DNA of 44,040 nt, taken from Candidatus Woesearchaeota archaeon (GTDB lineage: Archaea; Nanobdellota; Nanobdellia; Woesearchaeales; GW2011-AR4). Below, one piece after another: positions 18,073 through 28,660 of the stretch. The notes beneath the pieces were generated by a model, which was given only the letters and a program-made list of their open reading frames with translations, was not told where the DNA came from and made no database searches. How positions within the stretch are numbered: position 1 is the stretch's first letter; every line of letters starts with the position of its first letter. Made by a program: the position numbers and the translations under genes. The stretch is taken from NCBI GenBank assembly GCA_023266475.1, contig JAHFQA010000004.1, positions 1 to 44,040 on the forward strand, given 5' to 3'.

Positions 18073-18888
18073 ATGTATGACCACAACATAAATCCCGTAT
18101 TTCTTGAACTTGGACCTATCCAGATAAGGTATTATGGATTGTTTTATGCGCTTGGTTTTGTTATTGCCTATTTCTTGATTGCTTATCTTGTCAAAAGAAA
18201 AGAGTTGGCTTTGACTAAAGACGACGTAGCTGACTTTCTGGTTTATGAGATTGTAGGAATTGTCGCTGGCGCAAGATTGGCATATGTGATATTTTACAAC
18301 CCATTATTTTATGTTGAAAACATATTTGAAATACTAGCCGTTTGGCATGGCGGCCTTAGCTTCCACGGCGGCTTGATTGGTGCAATAATTGCTGCATATT
18401 TATTCTGCAAAAAGAAAAAAATGGAATTTTATGACTTAGCCGATATTGTAGTTATTCCTGTAGCTCTTGCACTGTCATTGGGAAGAATTGGCAATTTCAT
18501 AAATGCAGAGCTTTATGGAAGATTAACAGATGTTTCTTGGTGCATAGACTACTCAAAAAACAAGTTTGTTGAAAATCTTCCGGATGGCTGTAGGCACCCT
18601 TCCCAGATTTATGAGTCTTTTAAAAATGTTATAATATTTGGAATTTTATGGATTATTAAAGACAAAAAGCTACCGAAAGGGTTTATGTTCTGGAGCTTTG
18701 TGGCTTTATATGGTTTGTTTAGAACTATTGTTGAGTTTTTCAGGCAGCCTGATGAGCAGATTGGGTTTATTCTTAATTATTTTACAATAGGGCAATTGCT
18801 CAGCTTTCCATTATTTTTGTTAGGAGCTTATATGCTATTTAGGTTTAAACAAGAAAAACAGATAATTCATCAATGGTTAAAGAGATAA
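18073..18888 (+). CDS. lgt: Prolipoprotein diacylglyceryl transferase
   Basis: 'IRYYGL', 'GARLAYV', 'WHGGLSFHGG', 'GRIGNFINAELYG', 'HPSQIYE', 'RTIVEFFRQPD'. Confidence 0.95.
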   Translation: MYDHNINPVFLELGPIQIRYYGLFYALGFVIAYFLIAYLVKRKELALTKDDVADFLVYEIVGIVAGARLAYVIFYNPLFYVENIFEILAVWHGGLSFHGGLIGAIIAAYLFCKKKKMEFYDLADIVVIPVALALSLGRIGNFINAELYGRLTDVSWCIDYSKNKFVENLPDGCRHPSQIYESFKNVIIFGILWIIKDKKLPKGFMFWSFVALYGLFRTIVEFFRQPDEQIGFILNYFTIGQLLSFPLFLLGAYMLFRFKQEKQIIHQWLKR

Positions 18889-19031
18889 AAACGTCAAATA
18901 AATCTTATTTTAAGTGTGAAGAATGTAAGTTTATCTATAAAGATAAAAAAATCGCCCAAGAATGCGAATCCTACTGCAAAGATTATCACTCGTGCAATAC
19001 TGAATTAACAAAACATTCAGTTAGAATATAA
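18873..19031 (+). CDS. Small Cys/His-rich (zinc-finger-like) protein, 52 aa
   Basis: Manual translation [52 protein letters not shown]; overlaps the lgt end and stops 1 nt before the copA ATG. Confidence 0.75.
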   Translation: MVKEIKTSNKSYFKCEECKFIYKDKKIAQECESYCKDYHSCNTELTKHSVRI

Positions 19032-19032
19032 A

Positions 19033-21693
19033 ATGGCAAAAGACCCTTTCTGCGGAATGGAAATTGATGAAAAGAAAGCAAAGTTTAAGTTAGTCAGGAA
19101 TAGAAGGAAATACTTTTTCTGCAGCAAAAAATGCTTAGATGAATTTAAAAAAAGAAAGTTTCCATTAATTGAAAATCAATCAAAAAAATCAACATTAACA
19201 AAAAAAGCATTAAAAAATTTACAAAAAATAAAGTCAGAGAATATGCAAAAAGTAACTATTTCTATTTCTGGTATGCACTGCGCAACATGCGCGCAGACAA
19301 TTGAAAAAGCCCTTTCAAAAACTGAAGGAGTCGTCAAAGCCAGCGTAAATTTTGCCTCAGAAAAGGCAAACGTAGAATTTGACAAAGATAAGATAAATGA
19401 TGATTCATTAAAAAATGTAGTCAAAAAAGCAGGCTACAAAGTTCAAGAGGGGCACAAAGCATCTGGAAATATAGCAGACATAAAATTAAAAGTTATTGGT
19501 ATGGATAACCCTCATTGCGTTGGAACTGTTGGAGATGCATTGAATACAATTCCAGGAATAGTATCAAAAGAGCTGAATGTAAATCAAAATGCTTCTATTA
19601 AATATGATCCAGCATTGACAAACATTGAAAAAATAAAAAAAATAATCAAACAGGCTGGCTATGAGCCAATCGAGGTTTCTGGAACGATTACGGTTGATGC
19701 AGAAAAAGAGGCAAGGCAAAAAGAGATAAAAAGGCTTAAATGGGAAGTTATTATCGGCTTTATATTAAGTATTCCAATTTTCTTTCTTTCTTTTCCTGAG
19801 TGGTTTAAGATAAATTTACCTTACCAAAATTATATTTTGTTTATTTTAGCAACTCCTGTCCAGCTGGTTTTGGGCTACAGATTTTATGTTGGAACCTACA
19901 TTGCCTTAAGAAACAAGACAGCAAATATGGACACATTAATTGCTGTTGGAACTTCAGCAGCTTATATATATAGTGTTCTTGTAACTTTTTTTCCTTCAAC
20001 TTTCAGCGGAAAAATTTATTATGATACAGCTGCAATAATAATAGCCTTCATCATTCTGGGTAAATACTTTGAAGCTTTAACAAAAGGAAAAGCATCAGAA
20101 GCAATAAGAAAGCTTATCGGGCTGCAGGCAATGACGGCAATTGTCGTTCGAGACGGCAAAGAAATTGAAGTTCCAATTGAAGAGCTGCAGATTGATGATG
20201 TGTTTATTGTAAAGCCAGGGCAAAAAATTGCAACAGATGGAATTGTTGTTTCTGGTGATTCTCATGTTGATGAATCAATGATTACAGGAGAAAGTATTCC
20301 TGTTTCCAAGAAAGAAGGCGACAAGGTCATAGGTGCTACTTTGAACAAAAATGGTTTGCTGAAAGTGAAGACAACCAAAGTTGGAAATGAAACAATGCTT
20401 GCGCAAATTATAAAGCTGGTTGAAGAAGCGCAAGGCTCAAAAGCGCCTATCCAAAGGCTTGCCGACAAAGTATCTTCAATTTTTGTACCAGTTGTAATTC
20501 TAATTGCAATTGCTGCATTTTTGTTTTGGTATTTTATAGCTCCTAATTTCTTGTCGCTGTCCTTTTCACCCTTCATATTTTCGTTTACAGTATTTGTCTC
20601 TGTTTTGATAATTGCGTGCCCATGCGCCCTTGGATTAGCTACTCCAACAGCAATAATGGTCGGCACAGGAAAGGGTGCAGAGAATGGTATTTTGATAAAA
20701 AATGCAGAAGCTCTTGAGACAGCCCATAAATTAACAGCAATTGTTTTTGACAAGACTGGAACATTAACAACAGGGAAGCCTGATGTTACTGATGTTGTTG
20801 TCTTGGATTCAAAATATGTTGAAAATGATGTTATTAAGCTTGCTGCAATAGCTGAAAAAGGCTCAGAGCACCCTCTTGGAGAGGCTATTATAAACTATTC
20901 CAATACAAAAAATACAGTAATAAATGAACCAAATAAATTTGAAGCAATAAATGGAAAAGGTATCGTTGCAAAATACAAGAATTACAATATTCTAGTTGGC
21001 AATGTTAAATTGATGAACCAATTTAAAATAAAAATCAATAATAAAACTGAAGAAAAAATGAAGCAATTAGAGGGGCATGGCAAGACAACAGTTATTTTAG
21101 CGATAAATAATTCTATAATTGGATTGATTGCAATTGCAGATACTTTAAAGGAAAATTCAAAAGAAGCAATTGATGAATTAAAAAAAATAAATATTGAAAC
21201 AATTATGATGACGGGCGATAATGAAAGGGTTGCAAAGGCAATCGCTTTCCAGCTCGGAATTGACAAAGTTATTGCTGAAGTTCTTCCCAAAGACAAGGAA
21301 AATGAAATAAAAAAACTGCAGAAAGAAGAGAAAATTGTTGCAATGGTTGGAGACGGCATAAATGATGCTCCTGCATTGGCTGCAGCAGATGTTGGCATTG
21401 CAATCGGCGCAGGAACGGATGTTGCAATTGAAACAGGCTCTATAGTCCTGATAAAAAATGACCTGAGGGATGTTGTTAAAGCGATAAAATTAAGCTCCTA
21501 CACAATCAAAAAGATAAGGCAGAATTTGTTTTGGGCTTTCTTTTACAATGCAGCAGGAATTCCAATAGCTGCAGGAATATTGTATCCATTTTTTGGCTTT
21601 CTTTTGAATCCGATTATTGCAGGAGCTGCAATGGCATTTTCCTCTGTTTCTGTTGTTTCTAATAGTTTGTTGATGAGAAGATGGAAAGGGTAA
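19033..21693 (+). CDS. copA: Cu(I)-translocating P1B-type ATPase with YHS and HMA domains
   Basis: YHS 'DPFCGM...FCSKKC', HMA 'GMHCATC', second HMA 'GMDNPHC', TGES, CPC, DKTGT, HP, GDGIND, YN and MxxSS Cu(I) motifs. Confidence 0.95.
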   Translation: MAKDPFCGMEIDEKKAKFKLVRNRRKYFFCSKKCLDEFKKRKFPLIENQSKKSTLTKKALKNLQKIKSENMQKVTISISGMHCATCAQTIEKALSKTEGVVKASVNFASEKANVEFDKDKINDDSLKNVVKKAGYKVQEGHKASGNIADIKLKVIGMDNPHCVGTVGDALNTIPGIVSKELNVNQNASIKYDPALTNIEKIKKIIKQAGYEPIEVSGTITVDAEKEARQKEIKRLKWEVIIGFILSIPIFFLSFPEWFKINLPYQNYILFILATPVQLVLGYRFYVGTYIALRNKTANMDTLIAVGTSAAYIYSVLVTFFPSTFSGKIYYDTAAIIIAFIILGKYFEALTKGKASEAIRKLIGLQAMTAIVVRDGKEIEVPIEELQIDDVFIVKPGQKIATDGIVVSGDSHVDESMITGESIPVSKKEGDKVIGATLNKNGLLKVKTTKVGNETMLAQIIKLVEEAQGSKAPIQRLADKVSSIFVPVVILIAIAAFLFWYFIAPNFLSLSFSPFIFSFTVFVSVLIIACPCALGLATPTAIMVGTGKGAENGILIKNAEALETAHKLTAIVFDKTGTLTTGKPDVTDVVVLDSKYVENDVIKLAAIAEKGSEHPLGEAIINYSNTKNTVINEPNKFEAINGKGIVAKYKNYNILVGNVKLMNQFKIKINNKTEEKMKQLEGHGKTTVILAINNSIIGLIAIADTLKENSKEAIDELKKINIETIMMTGDNERVAKAIAFQLGIDKVIAEVLPKDKENEIKKLQKEEKIVAMVGDGINDAPALAAADVGIAIGAGTDVAIETGSIVLIKNDLRDVVKAIKLSSYTIKKIRQNLFWAFFYNAAGIPIAAGILYPFFGFLLNPIIAGAAMAFSSVSVVSNSLLMRRWKG

Positions 21694-21906
21694 TTATTTC
21701 TTTTTTAGCTTTATTCTCTCGCTCCTAGTCAATAATTTTGACTCTTTTTCCCTTAACTACTCTTCTAATCTCTCGATTTCCTTTTTGTAATATCCAGCTA
21801 ATTCTATGTTTCCTTCTTCTATAGCCTTTTCAAGCTTTATATTTTTATGAATATCTATCTGATTCTTAATACTTTCAATTCCTTTTTTATATTTCTTTTT
21901 GCTCAC
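21694..21906 (-). pseudogene. Small basic/helical protein with an in-frame TAG
   Basis: GTG start overlaps the upstream TGA (GTGA); 49 codons, TAG at 21757-21759, then 20 more sense codons to TAA at 21694-21696. Confidence 0.5.
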
Positions 21907-22676
21907 TTTAGTAAAACTTTAATTTCTTTTAGTAATTTCTCAGCAATTGTCACTAGTTTTTTTATATCTTCTTTATTTATCAAATCACTTTCTCTAATTT
22001 TTATATTGTTTCTTTCATCTGAATAAATTTTATACAGTTCCTCAACTTTATCTCTAGGCATGTAATTGTTCTCTAAAAATCTAAATAAACTTGATTTAAG
22101 ATATGATTTATTATTTAAAATTAATTTAATCATCAATAATCCCCTTATTCTCAACATTAAGGAGTACACAATGCTTCCTATTTCAATATCTAATTTCGAT
22201 CCTTTCTTATTCAATCCTAAAATTTTTGTGGAGCTATCAGTAAAATATTTTGTATTTCTTCTTGTAAATTTGTATTTTTTATAATTTTCTAATAAATCAG
22301 GATTGATTACAGTTTTGGCTTCTTTAACAATTGGAAGGATTAAAACTGCATTATGTTCCAAGGTCTTCTTAATTTCATCTATGGTTACAGAAACAATTGA
22401 ATAATCATCAATTTTATCTAATATTCTCAATTTTGTATTAGTTATCACTAAAATATCTACATCTGAATCAATAGTCTGCTCATTTCTGGCGAAAGAGCCA
22501 TATAAATATATTCCAAGTATATTCTCTAAATAAGGATTTAAAATCTCCAATATTTCTAATTTTATGTCTTCAAAAGTCTTAGGCTCTGCTACAAACCTTA
22601 TCCTCTTACCTATATATTCCTTCGGTAGCACAATATGGCCGCTGTTTCCAAACTTCTGGACTATTTTTGACTGCAT
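21903..22676 (-). CDS. DUF2080/AbrB-like N-terminus + minimal nucleotidyltransferase
   Basis: 'VQKFGNSGHIVLPKEYIGK' then 'YLYGSFARNEQTIDSDVDILV' (GS...DxD); helical C-terminal domain; likely start 22676. Confidence 0.85.
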   Translation of the reverse strand: MQSKIVQKFGNSGHIVLPKEYIGKRIRFVAEPKTFEDIKLEILEILNPYLENILGIYLYGSFARNEQTIDSDVDILVITNTKLRILDKIDDYSIVSVTIDEIKKTLEHNAVLILPIVKEAKTVINPDLLENYKKYKFTRRNTKYFTDSSTKILGLNKKGSKLDIEIGSIVYSLMLRIRGLLMIKLILNNKSYLKSSLFRFLENNYMPRDKVEELYKIYSDERNNIKIRESDLINKEDIKKLVTIAEKLLKEIKVLLK

Positions 22677-22907
22677 GTATATATGTATATACATTACTAT
22701 TTAAAGGTTTCGGTTTTAACAACAAGATTATTCGAACTTAACAGGGGGAATGTAGTCAATAGTGAGGGAATGTATAATTTTCATTAGAATATAATATTAT
22801 TGTAATTTTACCACTCATATCGCACAAAAAAAGCAAAATCTTAGCCGAAAATTTTAAATACTACCTACTTTGAATATGAAAACTAGCAAAATTTGGGGGT
22901 GTAATTA

Positions 22908-24071
22908 ATGAAAAAAATATTATTAGCAATTCTTGCAGTTTTAGTTTTAATTATTAGCGCCTGCGCTCAGCAACAGCAAGCTCCTCCGCCAAGCAGTGGA
23001 CAAAATCAGCCTGCACAACCACAGGGCTCTTATAAAATTGGAATCATGATGCCTTTGAGCGGCGATGCTGCATCCTATGGCATTCCGGTTCAGAAAACAA
23101 CAAAGTATGCAATCGACGAGATTAATGCAAAAGGCGGTGTAAATGGGAGAAAGCTTGAGGCTATATGGGAAGACAGCAAATGCAATCCAAAAGATGGAAA
23201 CGCTGCTGCGCAAAAGCTGATCAACATTGACAAGGTCAAAGTTATAATTGGCGGAATCTGCTCAGGCGAAACTCTTGGAGCAGCGCCTTTGGCAAATGAC
23301 AATAAAGTAGTAATGATTTCCCCTAGCGCAACTTCTCCAGACATTACAACAAAAGGAGGCGACTTCGTATTTAGATTGAGCCCGAGCGATGCTTTTGCAG
23401 GAGTGGTTGCATCAGATTATGCATACAATAATTTAAATGCCAAAAAGGCAGGTGTCATATCAGAAGCAACTGATTATTCGCAAGGTCTTAGAAGGGTATT
23501 CAAGGAGAATTTTGCCAAACTTGGTGGCGAAATAGTTGCTGACGAAACTTACAATCCAGAAGACACTGATTTCAGGACACAAGTAACAAAAGTAAAGGCA
23601 GCAAACCCTGATGTTGTTTATCTCGTGCCTCAAACCAAGGCAAAAGGTGTTTTGCTTGTCAAGCAGGCTAAGGAAGCTGGCATAAAAACCCAATTGTTGA
23701 CAGCAGAAGTTATGATTGGAAGGGATGTCGTCAAGGAAAGTGCCACTGATGTTGACGGCATGATTGGAGTTGAGCAGAAGTTTGATGATAAAAATCCAAA
23801 GGCAGCTCCAATACTTGCAAAATACAAGCAGGACACAAAGGAAGATGCACCATTCCCGGCTTTCATGTCAGCTTCATACGATATAGTTTACCTGATTTCT
23901 GATGCTATAACAAAGAACGGCTATGATGGAGAAAAGATAAGAGACTACCTTTACAATGTCAAAGATTATGATGGGGCTGTTGGAAAAGTAACTCTTGACA
24001 GCAACGGGGATGTAATTTTGGATTTCTCAGTCAAGCAGATTAAGAATGGCGAGCTTGTAACTTTGAAGTAA
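22908..24071 (+). CDS. livK: Branched-chain amino acid ABC transporter substrate-binding lipoprotein
   Basis: Lipobox-like 'LIISAC', Q/P linker, 'KIGIMMPLSG', 'INAKGGVNGRKL...ED'. Confidence 0.9.
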   Translation: MKKILLAILAVLVLIISACAQQQQAPPPSSGQNQPAQPQGSYKIGIMMPLSGDAASYGIPVQKTTKYAIDEINAKGGVNGRKLEAIWEDSKCNPKDGNAAAQKLINIDKVKVIIGGICSGETLGAAPLANDNKVVMISPSATSPDITTKGGDFVFRLSPSDAFAGVVASDYAYNNLNAKKAGVISEATDYSQGLRRVFKENFAKLGGEIVADETYNPEDTDFRTQVTKVKAANPDVVYLVPQTKAKGVLLVKQAKEAGIKTQLLTAEVMIGRDVVKESATDVDGMIGVEQKFDDKNPKAAPILAKYKQDTKEDAPFPAFMSASYDIVYLISDAITKNGYDGEKIRDYLYNVKDYDGAVGKVTLDSNGDVILDFSVKQIKNGELVTLK

Positions 24072-24146
24072 ATTTTTTATTTTATTTTTTTGATTTAACT
24101 TATTCTGTCAAAAAATTTAAATAATGCAATTTTGCAGTATTGAAAA

Positions 24147-25037
24147 ATGCCATTGCAATCAATTCTTCCACAGCTTTTTATCAACGGCCTGATTGCAGGC
24201 TCCGTCTACGCATTGGCAGCTTGCGGTTTCGCACTAGTTTATTATGTAGTAAAATTTCAATATTTCTCTCAAGGTGCAATACTGACAATAGGCGCATATA
24301 TATTCTTTCTATTTTTGAACTTGATGGGTTTAAATTATATTCTTGCAGCTATTTTGTCAATTATTATTTCAATTTTAGCAGCATTGACAACCAATTGGCT
24401 TGTTTACAGGCCATTGAGAAAAAGAAAAGCAGGAGGTGTTCCATTACTCGTTGCTTCTATTGTGATTCTCATTTTTTCGTCGTCTTTGATGCAGGCATTG
24501 TTTGGATCAAGCACGAAAACTCTGCTATTAAGCAATCAAAATAAAGTTTTCACTTTTGGCTTTTTGACCATAACCTTATTTCAAATCGCGATTATAATCT
24601 TGGCATTTATTTTGTTCTTCTTACTTTTTTATATATTAATGAGGACAAGATTAGGAAAAGCAATGCGAGCCCTGGCTGACAACAAGGATGTTGCACAGAT
24701 TGTTGGCATAAACCCCGAAAAAATATACAATTACACTTTTATAATTTCAGCCGTACTTGGCGGCATCTCTGGAATTTTAATCGGGCTTGAGCAAAATCTC
24801 TATCCAAGAATGGGTGTTCTAATAATAATAAAAGGCTTTATCAGCTCTGTCATAGGCGGCCTCGGTTCTGTTCCTGGCGCGATTGTTGGAGGCTTGTTTA
24901 TAGGATTAGTTGAAAATATTGGCATTTGGTTTCTGCCAAGCAGCTATAAAGATGTGATATCATTCAGCATCATGCTTTTATTTTTGCTTTTCAGGCCGCA
25001 GGGAATTTTAGGGGTGAGGATGAGAGATGATAACTGA
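24147..25037 (+). CDS. livH: BCAA ABC transporter permease LivH
   Basis: 'NGLIAGSVYAL', 'TRLGKAMRALADN..A...GIN', 'GGLGSVPGA', 'FRPQGILG'. Confidence 0.9.
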   Translation: MPLQSILPQLFINGLIAGSVYALAACGFALVYYVVKFQYFSQGAILTIGAYIFFLFLNLMGLNYILAAILSIIISILAALTTNWLVYRPLRKRKAGGVPLLVASIVILIFSSSLMQALFGSSTKTLLLSNQNKVFTFGFLTITLFQIAIIILAFILFFLLFYILMRTRLGKAMRALADNKDVAQIVGINPEKIYNYTFIISAVLGGISGILIGLEQNLYPRMGVLIIIKGFISSVIGGLGSVPGAIVGGLFIGLVENIGIWFLPSSYKDVISFSIMLLFLLFRPQGILGVRMRDDN

Positions 25038-25878
25038 TTTTTTTATATCATTTTCAACTTATGTAATCATCTACATTATCATAGTCTCATCTTTTAATAT
25101 ATCCTTTGGATTCACCGGCTTAGTTAACCTCGGGCATATGGTATTTTTTGGCATTGGGGCGTATACTTCTGCAATCTTGACATTGCATGGAATGCCATGG
25201 TATTTTGCACTAATTCTTGCCGGGTTATTTACTTCTCTAATAGGGGCCGCAATAGCGGCAATTACAGTAAGGTTGAAAGGCGATTATTTTCAGATAGTAA
25301 CTCTTGGATTGGTATTCATTGCAATCGCCATATCAAGAAACTGGATTTCATTGACAAGGGGCGCTTTGGGCCTGCCAGGCATTCCTCCAATTATAAAGGA
25401 TAATTTTAACTACATGCTGTTCACTTTTTTAGTGTGTGTTATCTGCCTGGCATTTTTTTACTGGCTCACAAAATCAGAAACGGGAAAAATATTTCAGGCA
25501 ATTAGGGACGACGAAACTGCTGCATCTATACTAGGCAAGAATACCTATTTTTACAAAGTACTTTCCATAACGATATCAACATTTTTTGCTGGCATTGCGG
25601 GTTCCTTATTTGTACATTTTATAAAATTTGTTGACCCTTCCATATTTGATTTGGATTTTTTCGTGATAATACTGACTATGCTCGTTGCAGGAGGTTTAGC
25701 TTCTATAACCGGCTCGATTATTGGAGTTGTTTCATTAGCAATAACAAGTGAAGCTCTGAGATTTGTAGTAGTCAATCCTGAGCTGATAGGTCCTGTAAGA
25801 CATATGTCCCTTATGCTGATTTTAATTTTAATCTTGATTTATAGGCCAAGGGGAATTCTGGGAAAGGTGAATGTCTGA
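25027..25878 (+). CDS. livM: BCAA ABC transporter permease LivM
   Basis: 'GFTGLVNLGH..FFGIGAY', 'RLKGDYF', 'AIRDDETAA', 'RPRGILG'. Confidence 0.9.
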   Translation: MITDFFISFSTYVIIYIIIVSSFNISFGFTGLVNLGHMVFFGIGAYTSAILTLHGMPWYFALILAGLFTSLIGAAIAAITVRLKGDYFQIVTLGLVFIAIAISRNWISLTRGALGLPGIPPIIKDNFNYMLFTFLVCVICLAFFYWLTKSETGKIFQAIRDDETAASILGKNTYFYKVLSITISTFFAGIAGSLFVHFIKFVDPSIFDLDFFVIILTMLVAGGLASITGSIIGVVSLAITSEALRFVVVNPELIGPVRHMSLMLILILILIYRPRGILGKVNV

Positions 25879-26561
25879 TGCTGTCATTAAAGAATGTTTC
25901 AAAAAGCTTTGGTGGAGTTAAAGCAGTAGAAAGGTGCTCATTTGAAGTAGAGGAATGCACAATCACCTCATTAATAGGCCCAAATGGGGCTGGCAAGACA
26001 ACAGTATTTAACATCACAAGCGGACTTACAAAACCAGATTCAGGAACAATAAAGTTGCTTGGAAAAAATATAACTGGCATGCCTGCTTATAAAATTGCAC
26101 AATCTGGAATAAGCAGAACTTTCCAGATTACAAAAGTATTTAAGAATTTAACTATCAGGGATAATTTGCTGATTGCAAAGAGAACAAATGATACAGAAAT
26201 GAATAGAGTTCTCGAAAGCGTTTACCTAAACAAGCCTCTTGATACAATTGCGTCAGAGCTTTCTTATGGCCAGCAAAGGCTGCTAGAACTTGCACGAGCT
26301 CTTTCTATGCCGCACAATCTTCTATTGCTTGACGAGCCAACTGCAGGAGTAAACCCGCAAATAAGGCAGGAACTGAAATCAATTTTAAGGAACTTGAGAA
26401 AAGAGGGGAAAACCATTCTATTGATCGAGCATGATATGGATTTTGTTATGGACATCAGCAACACAGTTATAGTTTTAAACGAAGGAAGGGTTTTGAAGAC
26501 TGGTAAGCCAAAGGAAATTGTGAAAGATAAAAAAGTATTAGAAGCTTATTTGGGAAAATAG
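25878..26561 (+). CDS. livG: BCAA ABC transporter ATPase LivG
   Basis: 'GPNGAGKTT', 'RTFQ', 'LSYGQQR', 'LLLDEPTAG', 'VLEAYLG'. Confidence 0.92.
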   Translation: MLSLKNVSKSFGGVKAVERCSFEVEECTITSLIGPNGAGKTTVFNITSGLTKPDSGTIKLLGKNITGMPAYKIAQSGISRTFQITKVFKNLTIRDNLLIAKRTNDTEMNRVLESVYLNKPLDTIASELSYGQQRLLELARALSMPHNLLLLDEPTAGVNPQIRQELKSILRNLRKEGKTILLIEHDMDFVMDISNTVIVLNEGRVLKTGKPKEIVKDKKVLEAYLGK

Positions 26562-26702
26562 ATTATTTTTTTATAATTTTTTAAAATTTTATTTTATTGG
26601 ATGTAATTTAATTGAGTTGCCTTATTGTATAGGCAAACAGTAAAAAATAAAATAGCTGGAGAAAACTTTAACTAAAACACTATATTTAATTAACGAAATT
26701 CA

Positions 26703-26760
26703 ATACGCCTTCGGCATAACTTAGTGCTCGAGCTCGCTCTCTGCCATACGCTCGCCCTCA
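26703..26760. repeat. REP-like GC-rich hairpin element between livG and livF
   Basis: gcc-GAA-ggc mini-hairpin on the minus strand (26707-26715); ttagtgctcg (26721-26730) is the exact reverse complement of cgagcactaa (37328-37337). Confidence 0.6.
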
Positions 26761-26793
26761 CCTATGGATACATTAAAAAAAACATCAAATAAA

Positions 26794-27501
26794 ATGCTGT
26801 CAATTAAAAATCTCGAATCAGGGTATGGAAAAATGCAGATTCTATTTGGAGTAAGTTTGAATGTAAAGCCAAACGAAATTTCAATTTTAATTGGACCAAA
26901 TGGAGCTGGCAAATCAACATTGCTGAAAAGCATATTCAATCTTGTTGATGTTTATAAAGGAAATATAATATTCAAAAACAAAAACATAACAAAAATGCTG
27001 ACTCACGAGTTAATCAAGCTTGGAATCGGCTACGTTCCGCAGGGGAGGCAGGTTTTTCCATCATTAACTGTAGAAGAAAACCTTGAGATGGGCGCTTTCC
27101 TCACAAATGAAAAGGATCTAATTCAAAAAAGAATGGAAGAAATTCTTGAATATCATTTTCCTGACTTAAGGAGAAAAATTAAAGATTATGCATTTAACCT
27201 TTCCGGAGGGCAACAGCAGATGCTTGCAATTGGCAGGGCTTTGATGCAGGATCCACAACTTCTTCTTCTTGATGAGCCATCGCTTGGATTATCTCCAAAG
27301 ATAATGAAAGAATTATTCAAAAAAATAAAAGAGATAAATGGTGAAGGCGTCACTATATTAATTGTTGAGCAAAACGTAAGGCAGGCTTCGCAAATTGCTG
27401 ACAGAATTTTTGTCCTTGAAGATGGAAAAGTTGCGTTAAGCGGAGATAAAAGACTGCTAAAAGACAAGAGGATAGAGAAAATTTATTTGGGTGGTAGGTA
27501 A
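26794..27501 (+). CDS. livF: BCAA ABC transporter ATPase LivF
   Basis: 'GPNGAGKST', 'VPQGRQVF..LTVEENL', 'LSGGQQQM', 'LDEPSLGL', 'VEQN'; start 26794 or 26764. Confidence 0.92.
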   Translation: MLSIKNLESGYGKMQILFGVSLNVKPNEISILIGPNGAGKSTLLKSIFNLVDVYKGNIIFKNKNITKMLTHELIKLGIGYVPQGRQVFPSLTVEENLEMGAFLTNEKDLIQKRMEEILEYHFPDLRRKIKDYAFNLSGGQQQMLAIGRALMQDPQLLLLDEPSLGLSPKIMKELFKKIKEINGEGVTILIVEQNVRQASQIADRIFVLEDGKVALSGDKRLLKDKRIEKIYLGGR

Positions 27502-27688
27502 TCCTTATTCATTTAATAATAATTGCCAAAATAGAGCTCAATATAAGATTTAAAATAATGCAGTCAACAGGAGCTTCTATTTAGATATCAATACTATGTA
27601 TAGCACAGTGCTCTATTGAGACTTTCGTAAATATATCTTATGTTTTTCCTTAAAATTTTTAAATAAGGCAATTTTTCAATTTAATAAG

Positions 27689-28594
27689 ATGGATAGCAAT
27701 ACTGTTAGACTTGTATCATCATTCTACAAATACAAAAAAGTTGGAAATCCCATAATATTGCAGCAAAAGCAGCTTGCACTGTGCAAATTATTGAATTTGA
27801 AAGGCAGAATACTAATTGGAGAGGAAGGCATTAATGGATCAGTGTTCGGATTAAAAAGCAATGTTGAAAAGTATAAAAAAGAATTAAGGAAAAACAAATT
27901 GTTCAAAGACATTGAATTCAAGGAGCAGGAAACTGAAAAGCAGGCATTTAGAAAATTGTTTGCGAGGGTAAGAAAGGAAGTGGTTAATTTTGGTGTTGAA
28001 GTGAATCTAAAAAATTCTGCTCCATTTATTACTCCAAGACAATTGAAGGAAACGCTTGACAGAAAAGATAACATAGTTCTTTTGGATGTCAGAAATAATT
28101 ACGAGGTGAAAATAGGAAAATTTAGGGATGCAAGAACATTAAGCATGAGAAATTTTAGAGACCTTCCAAAATACCTAAATGAAATTGAAGACTTAAAGGA
28201 AAAAAGAATTGTGACCTACTGCACAGGCGGAATAAGGTGCGAGAAGGCAACTGCATTCCTGAAGGAAAATGGATTCAAAAAAATTTCACAGCTAAAAGGC
28301 GGCATCTTAAAGTTTGGAGAAGAATTTCCAGATACTTATTGGGAAGGCAAATGCTTTGTTTTTGATGACAGGATTGCCATTGATATCAACCACAAGAACA
28401 GCAAAAAATTGAATGAATGTGTTTGGTGTTTAGAGAAGTGCGATGATTATGTAAATTGTCATAACATTAGCTGTGACAAGCTCTTCATTTGCTGTGAAAA
28501 TTGCAAAGCATTATATAATAAAAGTTGTTCAAATGAGTGCCTCAAAGCTTCAAAAAGACGAAAAGAATATCCCATAATTATTGGGCAATTATAA
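27689..28594 (+). CDS. trhO: Rhodanese-related tRNA U34 hydroxylase (TrhO/UPF0176 family)
   Basis: 'LKGRILIGEEGING', 'DVRNNYE..IGKF', 'YCTGGIRCEK', 'WEGKCFVFDDR', Cys-rich C-terminus. Confidence 0.88.
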   Translation: MDSNTVRLVSSFYKYKKVGNPIILQQKQLALCKLLNLKGRILIGEEGINGSVFGLKSNVEKYKKELRKNKLFKDIEFKEQETEKQAFRKLFARVRKEVVNFGVEVNLKNSAPFITPRQLKETLDRKDNIVLLDVRNNYEVKIGKFRDARTLSMRNFRDLPKYLNEIEDLKEKRIVTYCTGGIRCEKATAFLKENGFKKISQLKGGILKFGEEFPDTYWEGKCFVFDDRIAIDINHKNSKKLNECVWCLEKCDDYVNCHNISCDKLFICCENCKALYNKSCSNECLKASKRRKEYPIIIGQL

Positions 28595-28660
28595 CACAAA
28601 GATATATAAAGTATACACGTGAACTATAAATTATTATAATAGATAATATTTAACAAACAA

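Noticed and set aside
21757-21759. Amber recoding or alternative genetic code
   Set aside because: TAG acts as a normal stop for other genes in the window (e.g. ALS, livG, DEAD-box helicase)
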